64,000 nt of DNA from an uncultured Caulobacterales bacterium (GTDB taxonomy: Bacteria; Pseudomonadota; Alphaproteobacteria; Caulobacterales; Maricaulaceae): contig CAZEOD010000005.1 of assembly GCA_964513675.1 (NCBI GenBank), positions 11,061 through 75,060 on the forward strand, read 5' to 3'. The notes under the pieces are model-generated. The model saw only the letters and a program-made list of their open reading frames with translations. It was not told the origin of the DNA and made no database searches. The translations under genes and the position numbers were made by a program. Positions 38,561 to 49,077 of this stretch are shown one piece after another; the stretch's first letter is position 1; every line of letters starts with the position of its first letter.

Positions 38561-39684
38561 GTGATCTCTTAACTGTCCCTGTTAATCTCGGGGATCGCTC
38601 TTATGATATTCTCACAGGCCCGGGATTATTGACCAAAGCCGGAGAGGTTATCGCGCCGTTTTTACCGGCAAATCGTACCGTCATAGTGACGGACGAGACG
38701 GTTCATAGTCTTCACGGACAGACACTATCTGATAGCCTGACAGCCGCAAATATCGACCATAGTTTTATTATTCGCCCGTCAGGTGAAGCGCAAAAAAGCT
38801 TTGAAACTTTACAGCGCGTGCTGGATGGGTTCTTTGAGGCTGGCCTATCGCGCAAAGATGTTGTCATTGCCTTTGGCGGCGGCGTTATGGGGGATCTCAC
38901 CGGATTTGCCGCTTCTATTTATAAACGTGGATGCGGCTTCATTCAAATCCCGACGACGCTTCTGGCGCAAGTCGATAGCTCTGTTGGCGGTAAGACCGCG
39001 ATTAACAACCGCTTTGGTAAAAATCTTGTCGGGGCCTTTTATCAACCCCGCCTTGTAATCGCCGATATTGATGTTTTAAAAACCCTGCCCCCGCGCGAGC
39101 TAAAAGCGGGCTATGCCGAAGTCGTAAAATATGGCCTTTTAGGTGACCGCGATTTCTTCGACTGGCTTGAGGTTAATGGGCCGTCCATCCTAGCCCTTGA
39201 CCCCTCTGCTACGGCGCAGGCCATTGCAACATCTTGCCAAACCAAAGCCCGAATTGTCGCTGAGGATGAATATGAAAATGGGCGGCGGGCGCTGTTAAAT
39301 CTAGGCCATACATTTGGGCATGCTTTAGAGCTTGAATCTGGATATGACGGCGATCTTCTTCATGGTGAAGCCGTTAGTATCGGCATGATTATGGCTTTTG
39401 AGTTTAGCCATGCCATCGGTTTATGCCCACAGCAAGACGTCACCCGCATGGACGCGCATATGAAAAACCTCGGCATGCCGCGCCTGCCCGATGCCGCGCA
39501 TTTATTCAAGGACCCGGCCAAGATTTTGGCGCATATGGGCCATGATAAGAAAAATGAAGGCCCGCATTTAACACTGATACTCGCGCGGGAAATTGGTGAG
39601 AGTTTTGTCGAGAAACGCGCCGATAAACAGGCCGTTAGTGACTATCTAATATCGCTGTCAAAAAGGCTAGCTCATGTGGGATAA
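38557..39684 (+). CDS. aroB: 3-dehydroquinate synthase
   Basis: GGGVMGDLTGFAAS nucleotide motif and metal ligands HTFGHALE...HGEAV. Confidence 0.95.
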   Translation: MSDLLTVPVNLGDRSYDILTGPGLLTKAGEVIAPFLPANRTVIVTDETVHSLHGQTLSDSLTAANIDHSFIIRPSGEAQKSFETLQRVLDGFFEAGLSRKDVVIAFGGGVMGDLTGFAASIYKRGCGFIQIPTTLLAQVDSSVGGKTAINNRFGKNLVGAFYQPRLVIADIDVLKTLPPRELKAGYAEVVKYGLLGDRDFFDWLEVNGPSILALDPSATAQAIATSCQTKARIVAEDEYENGRRALLNLGHTFGHALELESGYDGDLLHGEAVSIGMIMAFEFSHAIGLCPQQDVTRMDAHMKNLGMPRLPDAAHLFKDPAKILAHMGHDKKNEGPHLTLILAREIGESFVEKRADKQAVSDYLISLSKRLAHVG

Positions 39685-40966
39685 GCTTTTAGAAACCGAG
39701 TCGCTCTTACAACTCGGTTTAGTTGTTTTACTACTTTTATTTTCAGCCTTTTTTTCCGGCTCTGAAACCTCGTTAACTGCGGCGTCGCGTGCGCGAATGC
39801 ATCAGCTTGAGAAAGATGGCGATAAACGCGCGACCCTTGTGAGCAAACTTTTAAACATGCGCGAGCGCCTGCTTGGCGCGATTTTGCTGGGTAATAATTT
39901 CGTCAACATCCTCGCATCCTCTATTATGGCGGGGCTTATGCTGTCTATCGTTGGTGAGGCCGGAATTATTTATGCGACGATCATTACAACAGCGCTGATT
40001 TTGATTTTTGCCGAAGTTCTGCCCAAGACCTATGCGATTAGCCAACCAGATAAAATGGCGCTTCATGTTGTCCGCCCGATTAGCTTTATCGTAACTCTTC
40101 TCGCTCCGATTGTCGCTGTTGTGCAGGCGATTGTGAGCGCAACACTTCGGCTCGGCGGCGCAGATATTACGGCATCGCCATATACCGCGATGGATGAGAT
40201 TCGCGGCGCAGTTGACCTTGGCCATCAAGAGGGCGATGTCGCCAAACGTGCGCGCGATCAAATTATCGGCGTGTTAGAGCTTGGGGAATTAACTGTGGAA
40301 GCGGTGATGATTCACCGTAAAAATTTGGCGATGATTGATGCCGATAACTCCCCTGAACAAATAGTCAAAGACGTCTTAGCCAGTGGCCATACCCGTATGC
40401 CACTGTGGAAAGGCGACAAAGATAATGTCATCGGGATTTTACACGCTAAAGACCTTTTAAAAGCTTTATCGAGAAATGACGGAGATATTGCGAGCCTGAA
40501 TATAAAGCGTATTGTTCGTGAACCGTGGTTTATACCGGAAACAACTTCTGTTGTGCAGCAATTGCGCGCATTTCAACAAAAACGCGAGCATTTTGCCCTT
40601 GTCGTTGATGAATATGGCGCGCTTATGGGCGTTCTGACCTTAGAAGATATTATCGAAGAAATTGTAGGTGATATTCAAGATGAATATGACACAGTTATTG
40701 AAGGGCTAACGCGGCTGAAAAGCGGCGCTGTGATCGCGCGCGGGGACATCCCTGTCAGAGATTTAAACAGAGCGTTAGATTGGTCGCTTCCCGATGAAGA
40801 AGCTGTGACACTTGCGGGGCTTGTTATCCATGAATCGCAAACAATCCCCGATGAAGGGCAAACTTTTGCCTTTTACGGCTACCGCTTTGAAATACTCGAA
40901 CGGCTGCGCAATCAAATTGTCAAGCTTAAGGTGACCCATAGCTTCGAAGCTGATCGTCATAATTAA
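39674..40966 (+). CDS. HlyC/CorC (CNNM) family transporter: DUF21 plus a CBS pair plus a CorC_HlyC domain
   Basis: N-terminal four-TM DUF21 domain with SGSETSLTA, a central CBS region and a C-terminal transporter-associated domain. Confidence 0.85.
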   Translation: MWDKLLETESLLQLGLVVLLLLFSAFFSGSETSLTAASRARMHQLEKDGDKRATLVSKLLNMRERLLGAILLGNNFVNILASSIMAGLMLSIVGEAGIIYATIITTALILIFAEVLPKTYAISQPDKMALHVVRPISFIVTLLAPIVAVVQAIVSATLRLGGADITASPYTAMDEIRGAVDLGHQEGDVAKRARDQIIGVLELGELTVEAVMIHRKNLAMIDADNSPEQIVKDVLASGHTRMPLWKGDKDNVIGILHAKDLLKALSRNDGDIASLNIKRIVREPWFIPETTSVVQQLRAFQQKREHFALVVDEYGALMGVLTLEDIIEEIVGDIQDEYDTVIEGLTRLKSGAVIARGDIPVRDLNRALDWSLPDEEAVTLAGLVIHESQTIPDEGQTFAFYGYRFEILERLRNQIVKLKVTHSFEADRHN

Positions 40967-41272
40967 AAGCCCTGCCAAAATGCGCCGCCTTCACTCAGAC
41001 ATATAATCATGATCCAATATGAGCCATTAGGCACAGGGTTATCGGCGATTATATATCACGCCCTCTCTCTAGGCCTTAGGCCGCTTAATCCCGAAGCGGG
41101 ATAGAGCGTAAAAGAGCGGCTGTCATTAAACCCGTTAGGGCGCGGAGTATGTCACCATGCTTATGCCCTTTCGCTGACGTCACTCCATACGACGCCCTTA
41201 AGAAAGAAAACCATCAAGCAGACAGCGGCTCATGTCACCTCATCACACCACACCTTAGGGCCATCCACGCAT

Positions 41273-41304
41273 AAAAAAAGGGCCCTCCAAAGTCTGGAGA
41301 GCCC
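41273..41304 (-). terminator. Rho-independent terminator of the large TBDR gene
   Basis: The minus strand reads GGGCTCTCCA-GACTT-TGGAGGGCCC followed by TTTTTTT. Confidence 0.8.
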
Positions 41305-41333
41305 AATAAGAATTTGTTTTTAAGGGGTAAACC

Positions 41334-44300
41334 CTAGAACGTTGCCCGAAGGATCGCTGAGAAACGGCGATCACTACGAATAAACGAGCGTGGCGCGCGC
41401 AGACCATCTTCACGAATGGTTTGCGTTGTTTCAGTGATATCATCCAATAAGTTGACACCTTGCAGGCCAATACGGACATTTTCATTGATGCTATAGAATA
41501 CAGAGGCATCAAGTTGGCCCGTTGCTTCCTGATAGATCGCAGAGAATGGGAAGATCACATCACGTGGCGTCACGAGGAAATCACTCCGCCAGTTATAGGC
41601 AAGTCGACCCTGCCATGGACCTTTTTCATATAAACCAATCGCGTTGATATTATGTTCTGACACACGCGGGAAAATCCCGTCATCAACTGCAAAATTTGGC
41701 CCTGCTGGATTTTGACCGTCACTCGCGGGTCCGACAAATAGGTCCGGATCAACTTCAGACGGAACACCATCTGCATCAATATAGGCATAGTTAAACTGTA
41801 CACCTAGGCCAGATAGAGGTCCCGGTAAGAAGTCATAAAACTGCTGATATGCAAATTCGAAACCTTTTAACTCACCAGTTTCTTGGGAATTAATGCTTGT
41901 ATTAAAGGCTACAGGTAGCCCGCTAATAAGAACATCTCCACCAGCTGGGTCAGGTACATTTAAGGCACCTCCCGTAATGAAGTTATCAATCGTCTTATAA
42001 AAACCAGATAATGTGATAGATCCAGAGTCGTTGAAATACCATTCATAGGATAGATCAAAGTTCCACGCTGTTTGCGGCAGAAGTTGAGCATTACCGGAAA
42101 AGTTACCTATGAAGCCGCCAAATGTATTTGTTCCATCACCATTTTCGATGTCTTGGAATGTACCAATAGCCGGACGTTGATTGATTTGAGCCGTATCAGG
42201 ACGCGACAAGGTACGCGATGCAGCAAAGCGAATTAAACGGCCTTCATTCAGGTCAAGCTTAACGTTCAAGCTCGGAAGCCATTCGTCATAAGTAGTGTTA
42301 ACGGGAACTGTAAGGATGTTACCATCACCAAATTGATTTTGCAGAGCGACCAAATCCAAACTACAGGCCCCGGGAGGTCCATCTAGATCATTAGGGTTGT
42401 TACATGGATCAATCGTCACGCCATTTTGCTCAAATGGTACTGTACCCACGAATAAACCATTAAAGGCCGGTAAGAGCTGAACACTATCAATTGTACGTTC
42501 AGTGCGGACGTAACGAATACCAATGTTACCGTCTAGGCCCACTCCATTCCCGCCGAAATCATCCGTTCCGAAGTCAAGACGTGTATAAGCCGCAAAATTT
42601 TCGCGTGTTAAACTTGTCGTTTCACCTTCGGTAAAGGGAGTTCCCGGAATAATTTGATCGCCATTCGTACATACACGATCAGATAATGGAGAATAGGCCG
42701 CACCGCAGAAAGCACGTGACCCTGTGGGGCCGCCCGTTGCCGCAATTAAATCCCGACGAACTTGCTCAAAAGCATCAAAGTCTCTCGCACCCGGGCCTGT
42801 ATAAGCCAAAATTTGGTCAAATCCGATAGTGCCTTCAAGCCCGCGCTGAAAGCCGTCAAAGTTAACAGGACCAAAAAGTCCATTTACCGCATCATTTAAA
42901 GCAGGGTTCGTATTTCCGCCAAGTAATAAGATAGACTCAACATCGTTAAAGTCATTATTCGTACCAGGCCCGAATGCTGTTCCGTTAATATCGCGGCCTG
43001 TCCAGACTTCGGAGATATTACCCCAGGTAAAGTCAGACTCACGAATATCTGTGTCTTGATCTGAATAACGCACACCTGCGCGAACTGATTTCAACCAGCC
43101 ATCATTGGAAAAGTCATATTCGACATCCCCTTTAAAGGCCAAGGAATCCGCGTCATTAGAGACCCGCTGTTCAGCAAGAGCCCGAATGAACTGACTATTT
43201 GGCTGTGAAAAGAAGTCAGCTGACTCTCCTTCTGGAACAAGAAATTGTACAGTAGGAACTCCGTTCTGCTCTTCACCTATGCGAACACGCGAGAAGAAAG
43301 ATCTAATCACTTCAGTTTGGAAAACTTCATTCGAAGAATCAATATATTGGGCATCAAAATTAAACCTTAAGTTATCCGTTGGCGCATATTTAAGGTTGAA
43401 ACCAAAGTCTTCTGTTGTATCTTCTTCTAGGAAACTACGTGTACTTGCTTGTTGCTGACCACCTTCACTTGGAAGAAGTGCAGCCGTGGCATTCGGGCCG
43501 CGCCACTGCGTGTTATCCGTGATCGTACCTGTTTGGAAAACGCCATCTTCGTCAAACGTAAAGTCAGTTATACCAAATCGGCCATCGCCGCGTGTATTCT
43601 GAGTCCCATCACCTTGCGTCTGAATAACATTTTCGCCCCACTCCAATGTAGAATCAGAGCGTAGGAATTGAGCTGTTGCCAACCATTTTTGATCTGGGCT
43701 TTCCCATTGACCCGCTAAAGCAATACCACGGCGATCCCGCTCAAAATCTTGTCGGCGAATACCGCCGCCTGCTGGAATCAATAAATTTGTATCTAGGCCA
43801 TTATCTGTCGACCCGCCATTTTGGCCCGGACTTTCAAACGCAGCTAATTGCGTACTATCAGCACGTGAAATCAACTCAGACGCAGAGAGATTACCTAAAA
43901 GGCCAAACTTGCCTGCATTTGTTTCCCATGTATTAGAGAGTAAAATAGAACCAGACGGTGTCGCCTTCTCTGCTTTGTCACCATAGTTAAGCTCGAGTGA
44001 ATAAGCAACTTGCGGGCCTTCTTTGTCAAAAGGAACGCGCGTGTTCAAATCAATTGTCCCTGCAATACCGCCTTCAATCAGATCAGCCGATTGGTTTTTG
44101 AAAACCTTAACAGAACCAAGGAGTTCAGGAGAAACATCTTCAAAACCAAGAACGCCGCCTGAATTTGCACCGAAAACATCACGGCCGTTTAGCTCTGAAC
44201 GAACAAATGGCAATCCGCGAATAACAACGCCTGAACCTTCAACCGCAAAATGGTCTGGATCATTTGGCGCAGAGAAACGCAAAACGCTAACACCCGGAAC

Positions 44301-44585
44301 ACGCTGCAAAGCTTCTGAAACTGAGCGGTCAGGAAGCGCGCCAATATCAGAGGCCGTAATCGCGTCGACAAATGTATCAGCGTTACGTTTGATATCTGCG
44401 GCATCAATAATGGACTGGCGAATACCGGTTGCAACGACTTCATCGACAGTTTCGTCAGCGGTTTCAGCATCCTGCGCATAAGCAGGGGCAAGCGTAAATA
44501 AGTTCATAGCAAGTGCCGATGCACCGACCATTAACACTCTTAGGTTTTCTTTTGACGAGATACGTCCTAAACGATTCATAATCAT
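41334..44585 (-). CDS. Large TonB-dependent receptor (1083 aa), carbohydrate-locus type
   Basis: Signal peptide ...APAYAQ, TonB box DEVVATG, plug motifs and a C-terminal ...AILRATF. The operator palindrome lies about 85 nt upstream. Confidence 0.92.
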   Translation of the reverse strand: MIMNRLGRISSKENLRVLMVGASALAMNLFTLAPAYAQDAETADETVDEVVATGIRQSIIDAADIKRNADTFVDAITASDIGALPDRSVSEALQRVPGVSVLRFSAPNDPDHFAVEGSGVVIRGLPFVRSELNGRDVFGANSGGVLGFEDVSPELLGSVKVFKNQSADLIEGGIAGTIDLNTRVPFDKEGPQVAYSLELNYGDKAEKATPSGSILLSNTWETNAGKFGLLGNLSASELISRADSTQLAAFESPGQNGGSTDNGLDTNLLIPAGGGIRRQDFERDRRGIALAGQWESPDQKWLATAQFLRSDSTLEWGENVIQTQGDGTQNTRGDGRFGITDFTFDEDGVFQTGTITDNTQWRGPNATAALLPSEGGQQQASTRSFLEEDTTEDFGFNLKYAPTDNLRFNFDAQYIDSSNEVFQTEVIRSFFSRVRIGEEQNGVPTVQFLVPEGESADFFSQPNSQFIRALAEQRVSNDADSLAFKGDVEYDFSNDGWLKSVRAGVRYSDQDTDIRESDFTWGNISEVWTGRDINGTAFGPGTNNDFNDVESILLLGGNTNPALNDAVNGLFGPVNFDGFQRGLEGTIGFDQILAYTGPGARDFDAFEQVRRDLIAATGGPTGSRAFCGAAYSPLSDRVCTNGDQIIPGTPFTEGETTSLTRENFAAYTRLDFGTDDFGGNGVGLDGNIGIRYVRTERTIDSVQLLPAFNGLFVGTVPFEQNGVTIDPCNNPNDLDGPPGACSLDLVALQNQFGDGNILTVPVNTTYDEWLPSLNVKLDLNEGRLIRFAASRTLSRPDTAQINQRPAIGTFQDIENGDGTNTFGGFIGNFSGNAQLLPQTAWNFDLSYEWYFNDSGSITLSGFYKTIDNFITGGALNVPDPAGGDVLISGLPVAFNTSINSQETGELKGFEFAYQQFYDFLPGPLSGLGVQFNYAYIDADGVPSEVDPDLFVGPASDGQNPAGPNFAVDDGIFPRVSEHNINAIGLYEKGPWQGRLAYNWRSDFLVTPRDVIFPFSAIYQEATGQLDASVFYSINENVRIGLQGVNLLDDITETTQTIREDGLRAPRSFIRSDRRFSAILRATF

Positions 44586-44667
44586 AATCCCCGTGGCGCA
44601 AAAGCGCGGTTAAAAGAGAGACACATATTATTATTATTTTAAATCTCATATGTGACAGCTGCCAATC

Positions 44668-44681
44668 TGACAACGTTGTCA
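44668..44681. promoter_or_regulatory. Perfect 14-bp palindrome TGACAACGTTGTCA; predicted LacI-family operator upstream of the TBDR
   Basis: Read directly from the sequence. The central CG and the TG...CA arms are typical of LacI-family operators. Related copies sit at 50654 and 62799, with a half-site at 54529. Confidence 0.65.
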
Positions 44682-44900
44682 TATATAATGCAAAACTGAT
44701 TGTTTGAAGTCAATTCCAGAAATCACGATTAGTTTATTCTTTTTGACACTGTGTCTTAAGCGTCACAATCAAACGGGCTAATTTAAGCTTTAGAATAAAA
44801 ACCGGCCTTAATAATAGGTGAATTATCATCCAAGATGCAAAAATACCACCATTTTCCCTAGCAATCACGATTCTAGTCGTGCCTCTAAACTCGCTTGATT

Positions 44901-46412
44901 CTATATTTTTTCAGCCGCACAATGCGTTTTTATAAAGTCCGAATGATGCGGCATAACATCAACAGACTGCGCAACAACATCTTTGATGTAATCAACCCGC
45001 TTCTTAATCGTCTCAATCGGCGCCTTATCTGTCACAGCATTATACCCTTTGGGCGTGACGCCTTGGCCATACATAACCGCGAGCCAGCTTGCGGGGCTAA
45101 ACAAATCCGAATCGGCCTCAAATATGCGGCCCGCTTGTGAGAACTGTTCGATCTTGCGCGTCAAATGAACTGTTTGCGGCAAGGTCTGACAATGCCGCCA
45201 AAACGGCGTATCATCGCGCTGCGTAGCCGAATAATGCAAGACGAGAAAATCGCGAACACGCTCATATTCCAGCGCCGTTTTTTCATTAAAGGCATCGATA
45301 TCCGTTTGCGAAAAGCGTTTATCGGGATAATGAGCCATAAACCGCGCCAAGCTCGTTTGCACAAGATGAATACTTGTCGATTCGAGCGGCTCCATAAAGC
45401 CAGCCGCTAGGCCTAATGAGATCACATTTTTATCCCAGAACTTTTTCCGGCGCCCTGTGGTGAAGCGTAAGAATTTAGGATCTGACAAGGCTGGTCCGTC
45501 CAAATTATCCAGCAAGGTCGTAGCCGCTTCATCGTCACTGATAAATTCGCTGCAATAGACATGGCCATTCCCCGTTCTATGTTGAAGCGGAATACGCCAT
45601 TGCCAGCCCGCCTGACGTGCGGTGGCCTTGGTGTATGGTATGGGCTCCCCCACCTTCTCGCAGCCTACAGCAACTGCGCGGTTGGCCGGAAGCCATTCGC
45701 TCCAATCATGATAGCCCGCCTCAAGTGCGCCCTCGATTAACAGCCCGCGAAAGCCCGAGCAATCAACGAAAAAGTCAGCTGAAAGCGTCTGTCCGCTCTC
45801 AAGCTGTAGGGTTTTCACATGCCCCGTTTCATTATCCAGCCGCACATCGTCAATTCGGCCTTCAAGGCGCGTTACGCCCCGGCTTTCAGCAATACGGCGA
45901 AGAAAGGCCGCATAGCGCCCCGCGTCAAATTGAAACGCATAATTAATCCCTGACAAAGCTGATTGCGGACGGTCATTCAGCGGGCGCATGAATTTACCTT
46001 GCCGGCACGCTTGCACCATAAGTGAGTAATCAAACAAATCCCCCGCAAGGCCACGGCTATTCAAATTTGCCCAATATTGATAAAATGGCAAGACATCGAA
46101 ATCTATGCCAAAATCACCAAAGGGGTGAATATAGCTATGGCCGAGTTTATACCAATCCACAAATTCGATGCCGAGCTTAAAGGTCGCCTGCGTTTCGCGC
46201 ACAAACTCATCTTCATCAACACCCAACATTTGGTTGAACGCAATCAGCGGCGGAATGGTCGCTTCGCCAACGCCAACCGTTCCAATCTCTTCGGATTCAA
46301 CCAAAGTAATTTGCGTATTGGTTCCTTTCAGCAAAGTGCTCAGGGCCGCAGCCGCCATCCATCCCGTCGTGCCGCCGCCTACAATAATAAGGCTCTCTAT
46401 TTTATCTGTCAT
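44901..46412 (-). CDS. Flavin-dependent 'tryptophan halogenase'-family protein (paralog 4)
   Basis: GGGTTGW (GxGxxG), GVGEATIP, FKLGIEF Lys, GWQWRIP (WxWxIP) and FMEPLESTSIH. Confidence 0.85.
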   Translation of the reverse strand: MTDKIESLIIVGGGTTGWMAAAALSTLLKGTNTQITLVESEEIGTVGVGEATIPPLIAFNQMLGVDEDEFVRETQATFKLGIEFVDWYKLGHSYIHPFGDFGIDFDVLPFYQYWANLNSRGLAGDLFDYSLMVQACRQGKFMRPLNDRPQSALSGINYAFQFDAGRYAAFLRRIAESRGVTRLEGRIDDVRLDNETGHVKTLQLESGQTLSADFFVDCSGFRGLLIEGALEAGYHDWSEWLPANRAVAVGCEKVGEPIPYTKATARQAGWQWRIPLQHRTGNGHVYCSEFISDDEAATTLLDNLDGPALSDPKFLRFTTGRRKKFWDKNVISLGLAAGFMEPLESTSIHLVQTSLARFMAHYPDKRFSQTDIDAFNEKTALEYERVRDFLVLHYSATQRDDTPFWRHCQTLPQTVHLTRKIEQFSQAGRIFEADSDLFSPASWLAVMYGQGVTPKGYNAVTDKAPIETIKKRVDYIKDVVAQSVDVMPHHSDFIKTHCAAEKI

Positions 46413-46426
46413 ATTCGGCTCTTGAT

Positions 46427-47959
46427 CTACAGGTGAACAGCGTCAGCTTTGCAAAAGCGGTTCACAAAATCTATGTGGGGCGGCATCACTGTCACAGCTT
46501 TATCAATAACATCTCTCATGTTTTTTAGGCTCTTTGTGATATTATCATCCGTTAAGCCGTGAACGAGCGGGTTATAACCAGACGGCTCAAACCCTTGGCC
46601 AGCAGCTACAGCAAGCCAGCTTGTGACATCAAAAAGCTCGGCATCATATTTAAAGAATCGGCCGCTCCCTGTTAAAAGCTCCATCTTATGGGCCAAACTA
46701 TCCGGCAGTTCCATTTCGCGAACATAATCCCAAAGCGGGCTGTCATCCCGCCGAGTTGCAACATAATGCAGCATTAGGAAATCACGAATATGCTTAAAGT
46801 CATCATGAATAAGACGGTTATATTCGGATTGAACAGCCTCATTCATATCCCGGGATGGAAATAAGGCGACTAATTTTGAAATGCCGGACTGAATCATGTG
46901 AATACTTGTTGATTCAAGCGGCTCCATAAATCCGCCTGACAAGCCAATAGCCACACAATTTTTATTCCATAATTTTTTCCGCCGCCCCGTTACAAAGCGC
47001 AAATGTTTCGGCTCCTTTAAAAGCTCCCCCGTGAGACGCCCGCGAAAATCGGCCTCGGCTTGATCTTCCGATAAATAGTCACTGCAATAAACATAGCCGT
47101 TTCCATCCCGGTGCTGTAGCGGGATTTTCCACTGCCATCCTGCATCATAGGCGGTCGCTGTGGTGAAGGGCGGCGGAGGCTGCGTCCGTGATGTCGTGAC
47201 AGCAACGGCGCGGTCAACAGGTAAATATTTATGCCAGTTCTCATAACCGCTTTTCAGTGCGCCTTCGATTAAAACCCCGCGAAAGCCCGTGCAGTCAATG
47301 AAAAGGTCGGCGGCATATTCACGGCCATCTTTTAAACCAATCTTTTGAATAAATCCTGTCTCGGGATCGAGGTCAACTTTATCGACAATACCTTCTCGGC
47401 GGACAACACCGCGCGCTTCTGCGAAGCCGCGAAGAAATTTGGCATAAAGAACAGCGTCAAAATGAAACGCATAGGCAAGGCGGTTGATAACACTGCCGTG
47501 TTGCGGCTCGGGGCGAATGAATTTACCCGTATGAGCCGCCCGCGCATTTAGCGAGTAATCATCAAGCGGTGCTGTCCCGCCAATATCTTTATGCCGACGC
47601 CAAAAATGATGAAAGTCAATACCCTCTAAATCAAAGCCGTGAACGCCAAAGGGGTGAAAATAACTTTCGCCAATATGGCCCCAATTTTCAAACTCAATAC
47701 CAAGTTTATATGTGCCTTGCGTGGCCTTTAAAAATTCATATTCATCAATCCCGAGGGCCGCGTTGAATTTAGCAATTGCCGGAATTGTCGCCTCGCCTAC
47801 ACCAACAGTTTCAATCTGCTCTGATTCAATTAATGTGACGGATACATCTGTTTTATCAAGATATTTAGAGAGCGCTGCGGCGGACATCCACCCTGCCGTG
47901 CCCCCGCCGACAATCACAACATTACGGACGGGATTCGCCTTTTTCTGTGTCTCACGCAT
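46427..47959 (-). CDS. Flavin-dependent 'tryptophan halogenase'-family protein (paralog 3)
   Basis: GGGTAGW, GVGEATIP, YKLGIEF, GWQWKIP and FMEPLESTSIH. A TAATG overlap joins it to the upstream gene. Confidence 0.85.
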   Translation of the reverse strand: MRETQKKANPVRNVVIVGGGTAGWMSAAALSKYLDKTDVSVTLIESEQIETVGVGEATIPAIAKFNAALGIDEYEFLKATQGTYKLGIEFENWGHIGESYFHPFGVHGFDLEGIDFHHFWRRHKDIGGTAPLDDYSLNARAAHTGKFIRPEPQHGSVINRLAYAFHFDAVLYAKFLRGFAEARGVVRREGIVDKVDLDPETGFIQKIGLKDGREYAADLFIDCTGFRGVLIEGALKSGYENWHKYLPVDRAVAVTTSRTQPPPPFTTATAYDAGWQWKIPLQHRDGNGYVYCSDYLSEDQAEADFRGRLTGELLKEPKHLRFVTGRRKKLWNKNCVAIGLSGGFMEPLESTSIHMIQSGISKLVALFPSRDMNEAVQSEYNRLIHDDFKHIRDFLMLHYVATRRDDSPLWDYVREMELPDSLAHKMELLTGSGRFFKYDAELFDVTSWLAVAAGQGFEPSGYNPLVHGLTDDNITKSLKNMRDVIDKAVTVMPPHIDFVNRFCKADAVHL

Positions 47960-49077
47960 TACATATTTCCTTTCAACGCATTCATCTGCGCGTCAATTTT
48001 TTGGCTTATTTCAGCGAGCCAATGCTGAATATCACTTAGGCGCTCTCGGTCTGCCAATCTGTCATATCCAGCCTGATTAATTCCGCCTGCCCTTAAGGCA
48101 GACATCCATTCTGCTTTGGAAAATATATCATAATCCTCAAAGCTTAGACGCCCACGACTTCGAAATAGTTTAATTTTACGCGCCAAACGCACAGATATAT
48201 CTTCAGCCTTAAAGCCGGCGGAAATTAGCGACGCCATATCATTGATATGAGCCCCTTCTTCAGCCGCAAGGCGGTTATATTCGCGGCACTCGGCAGCGCC
48301 GTAGGATGTATCAGGCCAGAGCGAAAAAAGGCGCTCTATAGCTGACTGCACAACAAATAAAGTGACCCCAGAAAGCTGATTTAAACCCGCAGATTTAGTC
48401 TGCACAGCGACGTAATTCTCAGTCCATATACTCGCCCTCACATCGGCGCGCAAATCAATGATGAGATCAGAGTGAAGCGCATGGCCAGATAGCCTGATTT
48501 CACGCCGCATATTATCGGCAATAGACATATCTATATTATCGCCGCTGTGCAGAGTCAGCGGCGCAGCTGCCTGCGCAATATCGCCTAAAAGCGCTGTATA
48601 TTTAGCTGTATCAAACCGGTAAGCGGGATCAATAGACGGCAAATCTTTAGGCGCCGCACCAAGCGCAATTCCAGCGCTATTCAGCCGCAGCGCGAGGTTA
48701 TAATGCGCGATATCTTTCGCTTGCCCTGCGGTATAAGCGCGGTGCCAATAATGCTGAAAATCACAGCCAGACCGCGCACGCCCATAATCACCCAGCGGCG
48801 CATAGAACATGTCTCCACCGCGCGGAGTATATGGCAGGGCCATAATCATTTCAGCCCCCGCCTTGCGCCGAAGTTCGTCCTCGGTAATTTGCAAGAGCTG
48901 ATGGACATGACGAATATTGGGCCGCGAATAAACAAAGCCCGATACGTCCTCGCCGCTTTGAATAATATCCAGCTTACAGGCACCGCCCGGCAAACGCGCA
49001 CTCATCATAGCCGCGGCCAAACTACACAGCAAAGGCGCGCCAATAATCGTGATATGCCGGATAGGAGCCGCCATCAT
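47959..49077 (-). CDS. Degenerate halogenase-family paralog (372 aa) lacking the FAD and catalytic motifs
   Basis: Collinear similarity to its neighbours (ITIIGAPLLCSLAA vs IVIIGGGTAGWMSAA; YRFDTAKYTALL vs YQFDAIKYAPFL; YNRLAAEE vs YNRLMDLE). GxGxxG, GVGEAT, the Lys and WxWxIP are all absent. The frame is intact and coupled on both sides. Confidence 0.7.
   Translation of the reverse strand: MMAAPIRHITIIGAPLLCSLAAAMMSARLPGGACKLDIIQSGEDVSGFVYSRPNIRHVHQLLQITEDELRRKAGAEMIMALPYTPRGGDMFYAPLGDYGRARSGCDFQHYWHRAYTAGQAKDIAHYNLALRLNSAGIALGAAPKDLPSIDPAYRFDTAKYTALLGDIAQAAAPLTLHSGDNIDMSIADNMRREIRLSGHALHSDLIIDLRADVRASIWTENYVAVQTKSAGLNQLSGVTLFVVQSAIERLFSLWPDTSYGAAECREYNRLAAEEGAHINDMASLISAGFKAEDISVRLARKIKLFRSRGRLSFEDYDIFSKAEWMSALRAGGINQAGYDRLADRERLSDIQHWLAEISQKIDAQMNALKGNM

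Noticed and set aside
40967-41333. 367-bp gene-free region (with the small hairpin CCGCTT...AAGCGG at 41081-41099) as a possible tRNA or sRNA locus
   Set aside because: I could not fold a cloverleaf or find a recognisable riboswitch or RNA motif. Apart from the TBDR terminator at 41273-41304, nothing here can be supported from sequence alone.
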